Shown here piece by piece: positions 37,086 through 51,700 of a stretch of DNA of 64,000 nucleotides. The notes beneath the pieces are model-generated. The model saw only the letters and a program-made list of their open reading frames with translations, made no database searches and had not been told where the DNA came from. The translations under genes were made by a program, and so were the position numbers. The first letter of the stretch is position 1, and the number at the start of each line of letters is the position of its first letter. The stretch comes from Phoronis australis (Eukaryota; Animalia; Phoronida). The stretch covers positions 1 to 64,000 of the forward strand of contig NMRA01000864.1 in assembly GCA_002633005.1 (NCBI GenBank), in the 5' to 3' direction.

Positions 37086-40000
37086 TACTGGTGATTTTCA
37101 AACATAATTTTTGCTGATTTTGCAAGGTTTTTACTAAGTTTGTTGGGGGTAACTTTGACGAAGCTAGAAAAACTTCAACAATTTATATCATTTTGTGCAA
37201 AGTGTGTGTCTCTCTGATTCTCTCTGGTTCACTGCGTATGATTGAGTATTTTCACTAATGATGCCTCATTTTGGTAGTGCGTACATGTAGCTTGTTGAAT
37301 TTCATTACTGTTCTCGGCAAGGGTTAACTGTAATGCACGCTATGTCAAACGGATGAAAACATAGGGCCGGATTTTGCAATTGTGAGTCCCGTAACTTAGA
37401 GGTAAGTCGATGCTCACCAAACGATTGTCGCTCAACAAAAGTAAAACAAAACAAATCTATATTTTTGAAAAAGAAAAGCAAGTAACTTGACTTTTACACC
37501 AAATTAAGAAAGTTTTAAGCGCCAGTCCAGATAAAAAACAGTAGATTTTCAAAAATCAAACAGAACAACTTCATTTTTGTACCGGGGTTAATAGGCCTAT
37601 CCTTACAAAAATCTAAACGCCGAATTGTGTGCACTCAATGACGTATAACATTGCCGCTGGATCACGAGACTACAAGCTGGCACAATTTGGCATTTTAGCT
37701 GTGTCTAAATTTGTATGTTTTCAGCAATGAAAATAAGTATTTTATAAAATATATGTACATCAAAAGTTGTACTTGTTGGCTCGAATAACCAATGTATTCT
37801 GCGACAACTCTCGGCAGCAATGATAACTATAATGACCTCGAGTGTGTTAGGAGACCCCAAAATTAGCTACTGGGGACACTTTATGGAAACTCTGAGCGAT
37901 ACGTGAAGAAGGCTGAGCCTGTGATAACCTAAGCCTTTCTAGGTTCAGATAACGGTGTACATGTATGTTAACACCCTGCCCCTTTTCTCCTGAGCATAGT
38001 AGTATTGTCACACTTCGCATTTCTTTTTTGAGATATGACTTTAGTGAAAGTCACCAGGTAAGGGATGTCTGTGATTGCTTCACTAAACAACATGCGTAGT
38101 ACCTTGAAAATAAATCTTTCTGGACTTGAAAGAAGCACCTTTGTTCAGTGGAGTGAAGAGACCTTATTTGTCTCAAGTTTACAGCCAATGCGCCAAGTTC
38201 TTTTCCGAAAATCTCATGACCAGGTATAACCACATTCACAAATTTCCACTATTCCCCCTGAGGAATTTACGTGTGGAAATCATCCTATACAGATGACAGT
38301 AACCTGCTAAAATACAGGGTAGGTAGGAAAACCAATGTCTCTGAAAATCCTACATGTGGCAACTTCTCAACACCAAGCGTTGAGGTTGGCAATGTTTCTA
38401 GTGATGAGCCTAAACAAAAGTTCGACATTTTTGATACAGACGCAGAATCTGGTCAGCATTTGAATAAGGGTAACCACTACAAGCATTTACAGAGGGGAAA
38501 CCACGTAATTATGATCACATTGCACGATAGTGGTCAGATATGCTTTCAGATGTAAGAACCGGGGCGTCATTAGAGACAGCCTCAGAGTACAGTATGGATG
38601 AGAGAAATGCTCAAGTAGTAGAGTGGGCATTGAACAAAGGGTCAAGGTCAACGAGGTTTTCAGTAAAAAGTACGAACTTTCTGACAAACATATTCCATGG
38701 AGGAAGAAAGTCAGGTAAAGTACGTTCACCTTCGGAAGTGGACTCCTCCGGGAAAGAGTTTACCTGTGATGATTGGTTAAGTGAGTCTTTGGTTGCTGGA
38801 CCTTTTTAACGGTTCTCTGTAGCACCAATGGATTTTGAAAGTTATGCCATTAAAGGTAAATGCCACCCAAAAACAATCTATTTTGTATCGACTTAAATCG
38901 AGTAGTTCCACGCGTTGACATCAAGCTCAGTTGTTTTACCTGACACCTGACGGCAGACGGAGTTGTTCAAATTAACTAACGACGTACATGTAATACTTGT
39001 AGGTTCGAGCACCGTCTGTTCAGCCGTTCATAACAAGCGTACTGGTGTCAACTTGTTGCTTGAATGCATCGTTTTACAACAGTAAACAATCAGATTTCGT
39101 TGTAAAACCCTTATCAATACATCGGATTCTTGAACAAACGAGTTGTTTTATTTCATTGTTACGGATTTACATGTACATTTATTGAACGTACGTTAGCCTA
39201 CAGAGTTCGGTCAAGCGGTGTAGACTCCTAAGTTCGGTAAGCCAAGTTATCATGCTCGATCACGGGAGTTTGGGTCGTTTTAGAGATCAATTCGAATCGT
39301 TCTTTGGTGAAATACAGACATGCAAGATACATGTAGCTGTGTGTTGTAACCTTAGACTTTCAAAAGGCTTGTTATGCCAGCCTGTGCCTCGGAACCCATC
39401 AGGCCCGTTGCGGCCGCCGGGACTGGACTTCTCAGATTTAAACCAGCTTAAGTTGGAAAATCATCCTCCAGTCACAAAAAGACCACACTAGGGAGCCAAA
39501 GAAATAATGTGCATGTAATTATTTTGGGGATTTAGCCACGAAACTTATCGGGGGATGCCAAGTCAAGACACCCTTTTACGGAAACGTCAGGGCAAAATCT
39601 GTACAGTAACAATGGTATGAATAATGTAAAAGATTCCCCTAACATGTGACCATAGCCTATAAAATCGAGTCATTCTTTAACAACAGCTTTCTGTCAGCAA
39701 ACACTGAATTAGCATGCGCTCACACGGCCTCGGATCCCGGCTGTCAATTACCTTTATTTCATCTCAAGGCAGTGGTTTAGTCATTGCTGGCTTCTCGAAA
39801 CATTTACACTCACGAATACTCCAAATGCATGAAACATTGCATGCAATGCGACAGACTTTATTTAAGTGCAATGTATGCATTGGTTATGTTGAAAATAATT
39901 CATTTTGAAGCAGAACGCAAAATAATGACGTCAACATGCCAACTTGCAATCCCGACGAGAGCTCACCAGACGAAGTCTTGGCAGGTGCATTGTGAAGTTT

Positions 40001-42690
40001 CACAGGCTATCAGTTCGATCGGGAACACTGAACATGCACAGGCAACGGAACCTATGGATAGTTCTTTGTTAAGCCAGAATTCGTCGGACTCACAGTCGGC
40101 TACAGTCACGGAGATGTTTCACGGCCTCATACTTCCTATTAACAAACTACTTTTCATTCTTCACTACCGCAATCGACTTCTTAAGCATTTCGGACTGTTG
40201 AGGAAGTCAAAAATAACTATATTCCCGCTTTCCTTGCATCTGTATACTTGAGACAACCGTGAACGATTCACCGCAACATAGCAACATTCATACTGCAAAT
40301 GAACCACTGACGTCGCTGCGTCGTTTCTTATATTCCCCACAGGTAAAACGACACCTTTCGGCAAAGTGAGGTCGACCGTATGCGAGGCGAAGTGGATATG
40401 GATTGATTAAGACGGTAAAAGACTAATTCAATCGGGGGGGGGGGNNNNNNNNNNNNNNNNNNNNNNNNNNNNNNNNNNNNNNNNNNNNNNNNNNNNNNNN
40501 NNNNNNNNNNNNNNNNNNNNNNNNNNNNNNNNNNNNNNNNNNNNNNNNNNNNNNNNNNNNNNNNNNNNNNNNNNNNNNNNNNNNNNNGGGGGGGGGGCAT
40601 TCTCGTTTAAATCATTCAACCATAGCCAAGTCAAATCGTATTTCATTTGTTATGAGCTTAACATGCATCACAGTAAAATGCATTCAAACATGCCTACTTA
40701 GACGACAAACTTTGCTCCAAAATTGAGGAACAGGTCATAAAAAGACAAAGTGCTGAATGAAAGTGTATAAAAAATGACATTTTTCTACATCTCATAAAAC
40801 AAAACCCATGTGCTAACTTTAAAAACATCTGAGATTCTGGGTGTATACTCTAATTTTTGAGGCAGGACAGGAAGCCCAGGCCAGTCAAGCCCGTAAAAAC
40901 GCAAACATTGTTTTTCGGTGGGCGGACCCATACCAATTTGACTGCGCCATTCTAACCCCCTATTGTCGCTTCCACCGCTGTTCTCCAGATGGCATCTATA
41001 TTGGTACCGAAGCTAAATGTCCGCTATTGGTAGCGGAGCAGCGACCAGGGATGCAGCCCTCATATATTGTGTAACCATGAACCAATAAAATTTCACGTAG
41101 AATAAAAATCAGCCTAGGACCAGCGCATTAACACTTAGTTGCATGGAAACTGAGATATAACGGTGTGAAAATACCAAACTCTATGAATTAAATCCAGTCG
41201 CTGGTCAGCTCAGCTATGATTCCTTTGAAACAATCAGCTTAGGTCGTACCTCTCCGTCTGCGCTGGCTATAGCATAAAGATTCGTTTTATGATTCACTTT
41301 TGGTAAAAGTTTGTTCTAATTTCTTCATTCTGAAGGCCTTTTTAAATGTGGAGTTCCTTGTTGAAAAACATTTCAACTCTTGGAATTCTAATTCAGCTCC
41401 CCTGGACCACTCAAATTCTGGATTAAGCAAACTAAGTTCCCCCGTATCACTCAAAATCTGCACAGACCTACAGTATTGCATGGTTACACCTTATTCTTAA
41501 CGTGGTTGCGCCATCATGACGTGCTCTTTATGAGTTGTATGCACAAGAATGTTAAGCCAGCGATTCAGTTTTGAACAACAGATCTTCATTGCGCAATACT
41601 ACTGGAAACTACATGTAAACTCATCAGATTAGAGCAAATATATCTTTTCCGAGCTAATGAGCAATAACTTTAATTATACATATTTAAAAACTTAAAACTT
41701 TATTTCCATGTATGGTTTGTGAATGCCTCTAATCGAGTTCATAATTCTAAACAGACAAGGCGCATGATGTTTCTCTTGTGAAAGAACGTGGGATAGGGCA
41801 CTAAATGGTGTCCTGCTCAAAGTATGTGTATGCTGTGAATCACATGACGATTCACGTGGCCTGCTGAAGTCCTCGAGAGGACACAACGTAGCCAATTTAA
41901 TCCGTAAGTCCAATAGATAAATTATAGTCATTTGAATTGGAACACTTTGTAAAACTGTCCAACATTCACCATAATCCTTGAGACAAATTTGACACAGACA
42001 AAACTCGGTTTGCTAATTGATTATCTAATCGAATTTTGCCATTTCTTACAACGTTAGCTTCTAACTGTCAAAAATTTATTTTGGTATCTACATAAACCAG
42101 TAAACCACGAATGAATCTTAGAGACAAGAGGCGAATAACCCTGAGGGCACACCCCACATGCGACTCAAAACGCCACCTACATGTCGTTTTATGCTGCACG
42201 CGAATATTTCCCCGATGATTGCGTTTGGGCCCCCTTCAGAGACCGCTTGGAATGCACGCCAACCTTTGCTATCCTCTGTGTGAGGTTGGAACCCCATTCT
42301 ACAGCATCTTAGATTCGCCAATTGTGAGTCAAAAATAGGTCCACTTGTTTGCGAGGTTTTGCACATTCTGTGCTAAAGATGATACGGTGGGTTTCGGGCG
42401 CTTACCTCCCTCTAATTTTACCACTACCGCACTGGTGCGCAATATATTCATCAAGGTACGCAGGCCCGTACGTAAGTTAATAGGCAACACAGTTCTCCCT
42501 CTTAGGCATTTAAGGAACGACACGTTGCCTAGGTAACGAAGATATCAAAGTGTTATATGGATGCAAGTTTTAAAGAACACTAAACTCGTAGTTTTGCTCT
42601 TTATTCAATCCACCGCAGCTTGACATGGAAATTGAAGCCATATTTGATATCACACGCTGTGCTTATTTGTACCATCCGTTCTTCGGACAT

Positions 42691-42777
42691 TTAAGTAACC
42701 TTTGACACGATGACAGAGTCCACGGCAATATCTGTACGAAAGTCATTGATGTCTCCCAAGGTGAATACGAATAGCAG
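42691..42777 (-). CDS. Gene C last exon: MAM3 end (LLFVFTLGDINDFRTDIAVDSVIVSKVT*)
   Basis: DIAVD motif and TAA stop, followed by AATAAA about 90 nt later. No transmembrane segment. Confidence 0.88.
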   Translation of the reverse strand: MLFVFTLGDINDFRTDIAVDSVIVSKVT

Positions 42778-45730
42778 CTGTAATAGAGATTATTGTTTCA
42801 AGTTAAAACAAATAAATTCATCAAAATTGTGACAACTTCTCGTGAATATTCAGGATCTACAATGAACTTAAAAACACAACAGTGTTCAAAAAATCCAAGA
42901 CGAGTTGAAAATCGTCGGGCTTTTTGACCCTATATTATCACACTCTCAAACGATCCACTGTTACTTTAAGAATAGGTATCTGCATTATACACGTACATTA
43001 ACAAACTTTCAAAGGTGTGTTGATTGGACCCCAAAAATGTGATACTGACGAATGCGTGGTGCCGTTATATGAGGAATGAACATATCCGACGAGTCTTACC
43101 CTGTAGCCTGGCGAATATTCCGAATACTCCAAAGCATTGAAAGAGTCAGCACTCCAAGGGCATTCCGATTGTACCATTGTCCTTCCACAACTTTGACCCT
43201 CATATGACCCCAGCAACGTCATGCTGGCTCCACCCTCTTCACGTTGAAAAATCTCCAGTTTTCCTTCGTTCTTTCCAAACATGTGATATTTGAAATCCAC
43301 CTTTATGTTACCTGCCAATCATTTTTTTTTTGATCAGGTCGCGATCGCATGAACTGGTACGTTAAAATAAAACCAAGTTGATCGCTTATCACGTGACAAT
43401 TCACCTGAGGTCATGCGACGATTAAACACTATGATATGCGTTTGCCAACTCTTAAGTCCTAAAATGACGCTCAGGAACCATCTTTTAAATACAAGTAGAT
43501 TACGAGATACAGGAATGATAATTTTATTTGAGTTTGTGTTGCTTTTGGGTCTTGGTTTGAGAAGTCCAAATGTGTTTAGCAGCTCAACAGTGCGAAGTTG
43601 TCATTGAGATCCATCACGGAATGTATGCAGAATAAACTAAAGAATCCCAGGTGTCAGCGCATTTATGGCAACAAGTTAGAATCGAGAAGACTGGATGACA
43701 CCGACAAAAAACACTGTGACATTGGGCATGGAGGCAGCGACACCTACAGGCAATATCTTTACTTACTTGGAGCAAGTGCAAAAATACATGAATTGGTCAC
43801 CACATGTACGCAAAAACAAAGTTATAAATATATAACTTAAAAAATATATATTTTTAGTAACCAAATTTTATGATTGAAAAAACATTCAATCAGATTAATA
43901 ATTTAGGAAAACGCTATTTTACTTACCTTGAATCAAAGCGGTCTCCAAAGTCGCTGTCGACGAAGGAGGGTTTGGCCACGATCCATCGTAATATAGGTAG
44001 GTATTGCCTTCGGCTGGGGAGGCGGGTCCTGTGTGACGTGAATTACTTCTGCCGTTCTGTCAATGTCAAGGTATCAGACAGAAGATGACTAAGATGCACA
44101 AACAAAAATAATAATATGCCCCAATTACGATACAAACTGAGTTGCTTTTTAAGTTAATGGAAATCCCATTAACCCAACTTTGGCAAATAAAGTACTTTCA
44201 GACGTAATCACGCGGGGTTGCCTAACTTGACGCCACAAGTGACACAGACAAACACAAACATGACAAACAATGCTTTACGTTGACACTTGTATTAAATATA
44301 TACTTGGAAGTAACTTGAACCAAACGAATTAAAGTCTGGTTCTAGCAAAGTTTGCATAATCTGCAAAACATCTTGCAGTTTCAGCCTAAAATCGTCAAAT
44401 TTCACGGCATGCACATATGTCCGACTTACCCGAAAAGTGAGGTCAGAGCTATCGTTACGTAGTTGCTTGAATATTCCGAGGGGGTTCTTCTTAGAGAGCT
44501 CAAACCCGGATAGAATTGATGAGGAGCTGCTAAAGTCTGAAAGACAATTTCATTTCCCCAACATTCCACGCAAATCACCCGAGTCAAGAAACGCGTATGA
44601 ACACTGCCGCAAAAGTGAAAGAGTGGGGCTGCGTTCTGCAGAGCTAAGACCCTTGTAAGGAAGCGCCAATGTGATCAAGTGCTTTAAATCGTTGTAATAA
44701 AAGACAAAACTTCTCGAAGATTTGTGTGAATATTGCACTTTTGTAAACCTCTTGAGTTTAATGAATCTCAGGTGGACCTCTCTATGTCGTGCGATTTACA
44801 GTCTACACTCTTGTTGATTGCTTTTGTGCACACACTCGTCTGATAGCTTAATCAAAAAATTTTCCCATACTGGTGTACTCTAGGACTGACATACATCTAA
44901 TACTGTAAGATCGAGACTTCTTCGTAAATATTTAAATCTCCATGTCAGCAGCAGAAAGTAGTGTTTTGGGCCATTTCTATTCTCGCTATCAGTATGTCCC
45001 AAATACTTACCTATGACGTCACACGTGTCACCCTTCAGTCCCGTGGGACACACGCACGTGCAGGTGGAGGAAGAAGACGAATAGTCCGAATCGTCCACGT
45101 GGAAACATGGTCTAGAATCACAAGGGTCTACAAACGCATAAAAGATTTCCTATAACTGGCGTCGTGTAGGTAATTTCGAATTAAATGCCTTCAGATTATA
45201 TACAGCACGAATGTTTCTAAGGGGAAATGAAGGAACATGAACAATAGAAGAGGCAAAAAGAGATATTACATTTATCATCTTTTGTCGTATTATTTATATC
45301 GATTGCAAATAAAATCACTTTTATCGATTGTTTTAAATGAATAACGACTGTATGACACCAAAACATGATATTGTTCCAAAAATATACTCGATTATTCCTT
45401 TTTTCTTTTCCCAGCAATAGGAGTTTCTTTAAAGTTTACCACAAAGTTTAAGGTAAAAAACCACAAGGATGACTGACATGTGGTGGATAACCAAGCATAA
45501 CACCTGCCGTCGCAGAATGTGTTATTGTGTTTTTGTTTCACTTAGTTTAGTCATCGTGGTTCATAACTTTCCATTGTTGTTTATCACCACTCTCTTTGAG
45601 CAGAAGATGAGTGATACTTCTTATTCCTAGAACTGTTTGTTTGTCAGCATAGTGCATCCTTTAGTTTGTCATCTTATTTGGATGGTTAATTCGTGTTTCT
45701 CTAGTCTCTCTCCCTCTCTCTCTCTCTCNN

Positions 45731-45793
<63 letters not shown>

Positions 45794-48700
45794 TTTTACT
45801 TGTATTTCATGTACACGTAGTAGTATCAGTAGTTTTAATGAGTTGATTAGTACTTGTTCCTCCGAATTGAGAGTTGTTCCTACTCATGTAACTCTTGCAG
45901 TCGTCAATATACTAGTCAACATCCATCTCTTGTTCTGTTCCAACGAACCACCTCGTACACAGTCGAACCGCATTTTTCTGTGTACTCCACATTTTACACT
46001 TCTAATGTATTAATTACTAGCGAAGCCTAAAACCAATCACTGACTTTCAAACTTCGTCGACACGATTCTTCAGAATTCCAAAATGTGGTAATGGCATGAA
46101 AACCTACATTTAGACGCATTCCAGCATTCAACGATTCCCACTAAGTGAAAAATCATTGAAAAAAGAGAGAGCAGACAACATCCTCTGCCGGCTTATCTGT
46201 TGCTTTTCGGAAAATTAAACAAAGAAGCAGCGGACCAGGGTTGCGTTCCGTACCCTCAGGTATTTTGCCAAAAACACAGGCTTCCGCGAGACTTTGCCAG
46301 ATATCACAATGCATTAAAAGCAGGACCACACAGGCTTTCCGAGTGTCTGGTTTGACAGAACACAACCCAATCGTTGACAGATTGTTACCGTGTCACATCA
46401 ATAAACGTATGTCCAACGAATGTATCACAGTGAGATGTACAGAGGTGCACGAATTGATTGCATCACAACACTTATATCCGCGCTGTGCCAGGAAACGGTT
46501 ATTGACGTACCTGATTTGCAAGCTCCCTCTGTAATTCTCATGTTGTCAATTGCGATATCACTCCTGTAGCTGCTCCCTCTAGTGGCACGAAAGGAAACCT
46601 ACAATAAAAGATTTACTTTAAAAGGATATAATAACGGGTTTTGGCCATTTAACAGATATTAACATACGTGTGTGACTTTCCTACCGTAAAACTATTGAAG
46701 CCACGTATGGTGGAACTTCTTACATAGTCTCCTAAACAGGTTAACGTATCCTAAGCTTTAGGTATATTACACGACAGCTGTCAGAAAAAAAACACATCTA
46801 TATCTATTCTATCAAAAAGAGAGCTTCTGTTTTAGTCAATCATTGTGAAATGCAAACGTAACATGAACGACAATCAGAGCTACTGATGATTGCTTGAAAT
46901 ACAAAATTTAGTATCGCTTTAACAAGCTCACTCTAAATTAAATTTGTTGCAGCGCAATTATAAAAAAATGAGACGATAAATTATATTAAGCCACAGCAAA
47001 ACACTTACAAACTACCAGATCTTCTCCAAATAAGAAACAATTTCTAATCCTTGTAAGGATAGAATAAGATGTCCAAGGTTTTTACGTATCAATAGATCCG
47101 TGTTAATACGCTTTGGGGCATCACTGTGTTTTTACAGAGGACAGTCAGTTTAAACAACAGAAATATTTCGTTAATGTCTTCTTGAAACGTCTTTGATGGT
47201 CATGTTGTAACAACCGACAAATAGCCTGCTTAAATTGGTCAATACGTTGTCCGAACATCAAAGTGTCTGGCGAACGACCGCGTAACTGGTACTCTCGTTA
47301 TAGGCTTGGATTGTACTATACCTGGTACACGGTGGAATTTGAACCTTGTGACTTACGGCTGTCAATTCATTTAAAGACATGATTTACGCATGCGTAAATT
47401 CATCACAAATGAACAAAACAATGCATTGGGTCAGCCTTTATGGCAATTACCTGGAGTGAATCTGGTGCAATTTTAACGAATAGTATGGACAGTAGCGTAT
47501 CTAGGACACCATAAGGGGAGTCCTACATGTTGCCTCGGGGAATTGGGCAAGGCGCGATTGTATGCGCACAGAGGACTTGAAAGTTCTGTGGGCCGAGGAT
47601 GTGGACCTCCTCTTTAGAAAATCTGTCGGTGGACTAAAAGAAAAACGGGAATGCGATTCCGCTGGGATCTTAGCCACCCTATCTGCTACCGGTCCTAGGT
47701 ACTGAGCTGCTTTTCTTCACGCTTCATGCTGTTTCGGTTTCACTTAATTACGGCTGCCAAAAGGGGGCAGGGCCGCCCCCCCACCTATATCCGCATTAGG
47801 TTGAGAAATTCCTAGAAAATGCAGCCATTCTGACCGTTCAGCAGAATTTTAGATGCGGGTACCAGTGCCCTTCAGACGATTGAATCATTTTTAATTATAG
47901 AACTCACATGTACTGTGCAAGGGCATTAGGATGCATGTTACCACTCCGGTACCTACATTTAAAAAGGGCGAGTTTGTAATTTTGGGGAGAAAAATATCCG
48001 CACTCGCAGTTTTTCTTAATATGTAACACATGGCGATATATCACGAAGTCGTGCTTTTTCGCAAACTTCTCGTGTCTGCGGCAGATGTCTCCTGGGTGTT
48101 TGCCATAGTGTGTCTGAAGACATTTCCATATACAGATTCATATGCATTGCTTCTTTGATTTTTCTTTCAGACAGACTTGTTTTACAGAAGATTACGGGAA
48201 TGTTGTCTACGTTATTTTGGCCACACATGGGCTGTTGAATATCTGTAAATTAATGAGTTCAACAACCCAAATGGTTCAAATCCTGAGTTCCAGGTGCCCT
48301 GTTCGTTCTTTTACGAACTCAGCAACGTCAAGTGAAGGCTGCAGGAATGAAAAATCTAAACAATGTGCCAATTAAATAACAAAGATGAAATGCTACGTCA
48401 GGGACATTTCAATATCCGTCAACTTCAGGCTTCCTAGTAAACGACGTTTCGTGTTGCTTGCCTTCTGCGTTCCTTGCGGCACAGTCACGGCCACAGTTTG
48501 CCAGTCGTTTGAGTTGCGCGAAAACGTCATCAACTCAGAGTTGTTTCCCATGATCGTGAATGACCCCATGGTGTTGCCGTACATGCTCAAAGACAAGCGG
48601 AGACATGCAGCGCCCCCATCTAAAGATGGAGAAATAGAGCAGCTGAACCATAACTTCTGGCTATGTGACGCATAAAGTTCCAAGAACTTTCTTTTCATCA

Positions 48701-51700
48701 AAACTAAGCCAAGCAAATTATCACTAGCTGAATTTTGGTGACAGGATATCAGCGTTCGGTGGATAACTATTTGTAACCATCAAGTAAAGACAGACGAGCC
48801 ATAAACTTTTGAGTGAAACGTCATTGCCGTGCTTACAATATACAGCCGTCAGGCTACTGGCTGTCTTACAATGAAATTAGGGTTGGCAAATGCTGGTGGT
48901 ATTGTCTTGGTTTGTCTCACAGTCATGTGACAATACTTTTTCCCTTTGATGGTAACATTGTGCACGCCAACGAATGGTTACTGCAAAGTTATAGAAAGAA
49001 AAACAAAGAAATTAGTGCAGACCTGTTGCAATCAGATTGCCACAAATCCATGCTAAACTTGTAGGGCAAATATCGTCCTGCACGCTAACTGAATAATGAA
49101 TTCAAACCCCCACTCGGCATTTAATAGAACCAAATTTAAGTTATTGTCAAACTATGATCGATCAAGCATTGGTATTGATCTGTCTCTGTAAAGATCCCCC
49201 CTTCCATTATCTGAGCACTAGCCTGTAAGTTCAGCAATATTAGCCTCCAAACTGGCGATGTCTCCAGTCTTTGCAGGCCTAGACGATTCGAAATACACGT
49301 ATCCAAATCTATTGGACGCGAAACTGGGTCCGGTGTTGAGCGTGGGCGTTGTGTCCTGTACCAGGAGAAGAAATGCAAAATTACAAACTACCATTAATTT
49401 AGGATGTACATTATCGCTATCATCTCGCAGTGAAACTGAGTGATTATTAACGTTGGCAACGCATTCCAAAAATTATCCACCAAAGTCTTATTGACTTTAA
49501 GGAAGTGTAACAAATTACCTTTAGAAGGGACCGAACTCCATGTATGAGTGAAGGCCAAAACATCGTGATTTGATTACTGTACTAAACTATCTTCCATGTA
49601 TATTCGTAGCTCCACATATGTGTGGTACTGGTGAAGCTAGTGCTATATGCGGTTGGTCAAGATATGTGACAGACATTTGTTGACTGTATTTCAGTTTTCA
49701 ATCTAAGTTTTCCCACAACCAAAATCGTNCGTTCTTTTACGAACTCAGCAACATCAAGTGACGGCTGCAGGAATGAAAAATGTAAACAATGTGCCAATTA
49801 AATAACAAAGATGAAATGCTACGTCAGGGACATTTCAATATCCGTCAACTTCAGGCCTCCCAGTAAACGACGCTTCGTGTTGTTTACCTTCTGCGTTCCT
49901 TGAGGCACAGTCACGGCCACAGTTTCCCAGTCGTTTGAGTTGCGCGATAACGTCATCAACTCAGAGTTGTTTCCCATGATCGTGAATGACCCCATGGTGT
50001 TGCCGTACATGCTCAAAGACAGGCGGAGACAGGCAGCACCCCCATCTAAAGATGGAGAAATAGAGCAGCTGAACCATAAGTTATGGGTATGTGACTCATA
50101 AAGTTCCGAGAATTTTCTTTTTATCAAAACTGAGCCTATCACTAGCTGACGTTTGATGTCAGGATGTCAGCGTTCGGTGGATAACTCTTTGTAACCAACA
50201 AGTAAAGACAGATGAGCCGTAAACTTTTGAGTGAAACGTCATTGCCGTGCTTACAATATACAGCCTTCAGGCTACCGGCTGTCTTACAATGAAATTTGCT
50301 GGCGGTATTGGCTTGGTTTGTCTCACAGTCATGTGACAATGTTTTTTCCCGTTGATGGTAACATTGTGCACGCAAACGAATGGTTACTGCATGCGGTGAA
50401 TAAAAAAACAGAGTTATATAAAAAAAGCAAAGAAATTAGTGCAGACCTGTTGCAATCAGGTAGCCACAAATCCATGCTACACTTGTAGGGCAAATATCGT
50501 CCTACACGCTAACTGAATAATGAATTCAAACCCTCACTTGGCATTTAAGAGAACCAAACTTTGAGTTATTGTCAAACTATTATCGATCAAGCATTGATAT
50601 TGATCTGTCTCTGTAAAGATCCCCCCTTCCATTATCTGAGCACTAGCCTGTAAGTTCAGCAATATTAGCCTCCAAACTGGCGATGTCTCCAGTCTTTGCA
50701 GGCCTAGACGATTCGAAATACACGTATCCAAATCTATTGGACGCGAAACTGGGTCCGGTGTTGAGCGTGGGCGTTGTGTCCTGTAACAGGAAAAGAAATG
50801 CAAAATTACAAACTACCATTAATTTAGGATGAACATTATCGCTATCATCTCGCAATGAAAAACTGATGATTAACGTTGGCAACGCATTCCAATAATTATC
50901 CACCAAAATCTTAATGACTTTAAGGAAGTGTAACAAATTACCTTTAGAAGGGACCGAACTCCATGTATGAGTGAACGCCAAAACATCGTGATTTGATTAC
51001 TGTACTAAACTATCTTCCATGTATATTCGTAGCTCCACATATGTGTGGTACTGGTGAGGCTAGGGCTACATGCCGTTGGTCAAGATATGTGACAGACATT
51101 TGTTGACTGTATTTCAGTTTTCAATCTAAGTTTTCCCACAACTAAAACGGTTCAGTATATTTATACAACTCAAAACCAAGGAAAATACATTCATTGCCAC
51201 TCGCATTATATATGCCTAATGTGCATTAAGTCTGGGAAAGTCTGAGTTTTGTGTCGCAACGTTCCATTCTATGGAGTAGCATCTCCTGCTCAACTCGCAG
51301 TGCATGGCGAAAACTCGCACGTGCTTGCCTGATCTCCCTTAATTCGAGAAATCTATCGTTTTGGAGCACAGTTGCGTTCCACTCACGCTTCGGATGTGTA
51401 TCCAGTCCAAATCGTCTTCTTCTGACTGCACCAAAAAGTCACACAGTGGATGAGCAGAACTTTCAAAGTCACAGGCAAACCGGATTCCTTTAAACAAGAA
51501 AGATTGCACCCACAGATGGTGAACTGGAAACAGGTCTTCTTCACAGCTTAATAGAAGTTCCTAGTTTCAGGGATTATTTAAAGAAGAGTAGATGAACGTA
51601 GTGTATCTCATAAAGCGGTTCTTAAATTACAAAAACTGGAAACCCATTTCTTTCTGACAAACAACTGATCACCTACTGACAGCTTGAACTAATCATAGGG

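Larger units (their letters stand above)
48304..51148. repeat. About 1.42-kb tandem duplication joined by a single N (48304-49728 / 49730-51148)
   Basis: Both units begin cgttcttttacgaactcagcaac and end ttttcccacaac-aaaa. They differ by scattered SNPs and small indels. Confidence 0.92.

Noticed and set aside
45504-45540. Micro-exon VKQKHNNTFCDGR completing the second EGF
   Set aside because: A stronger acceptor at 45128 gives DPCDSRPC directly in the correct phase, so no extra exon is needed.
46153-46365. Minus-strand ORF as an extra gene C exon (also 56274-56591 and 59308-59559)
   Set aside because: Neighbouring exons already join in phase with complete domains, and no recognisable motif is present.
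47240-47800. Possible SINE remnant
   Set aside because: No recognisable tRNA-derived A/B boxes or tail, so it cannot be supported without a repeat library.
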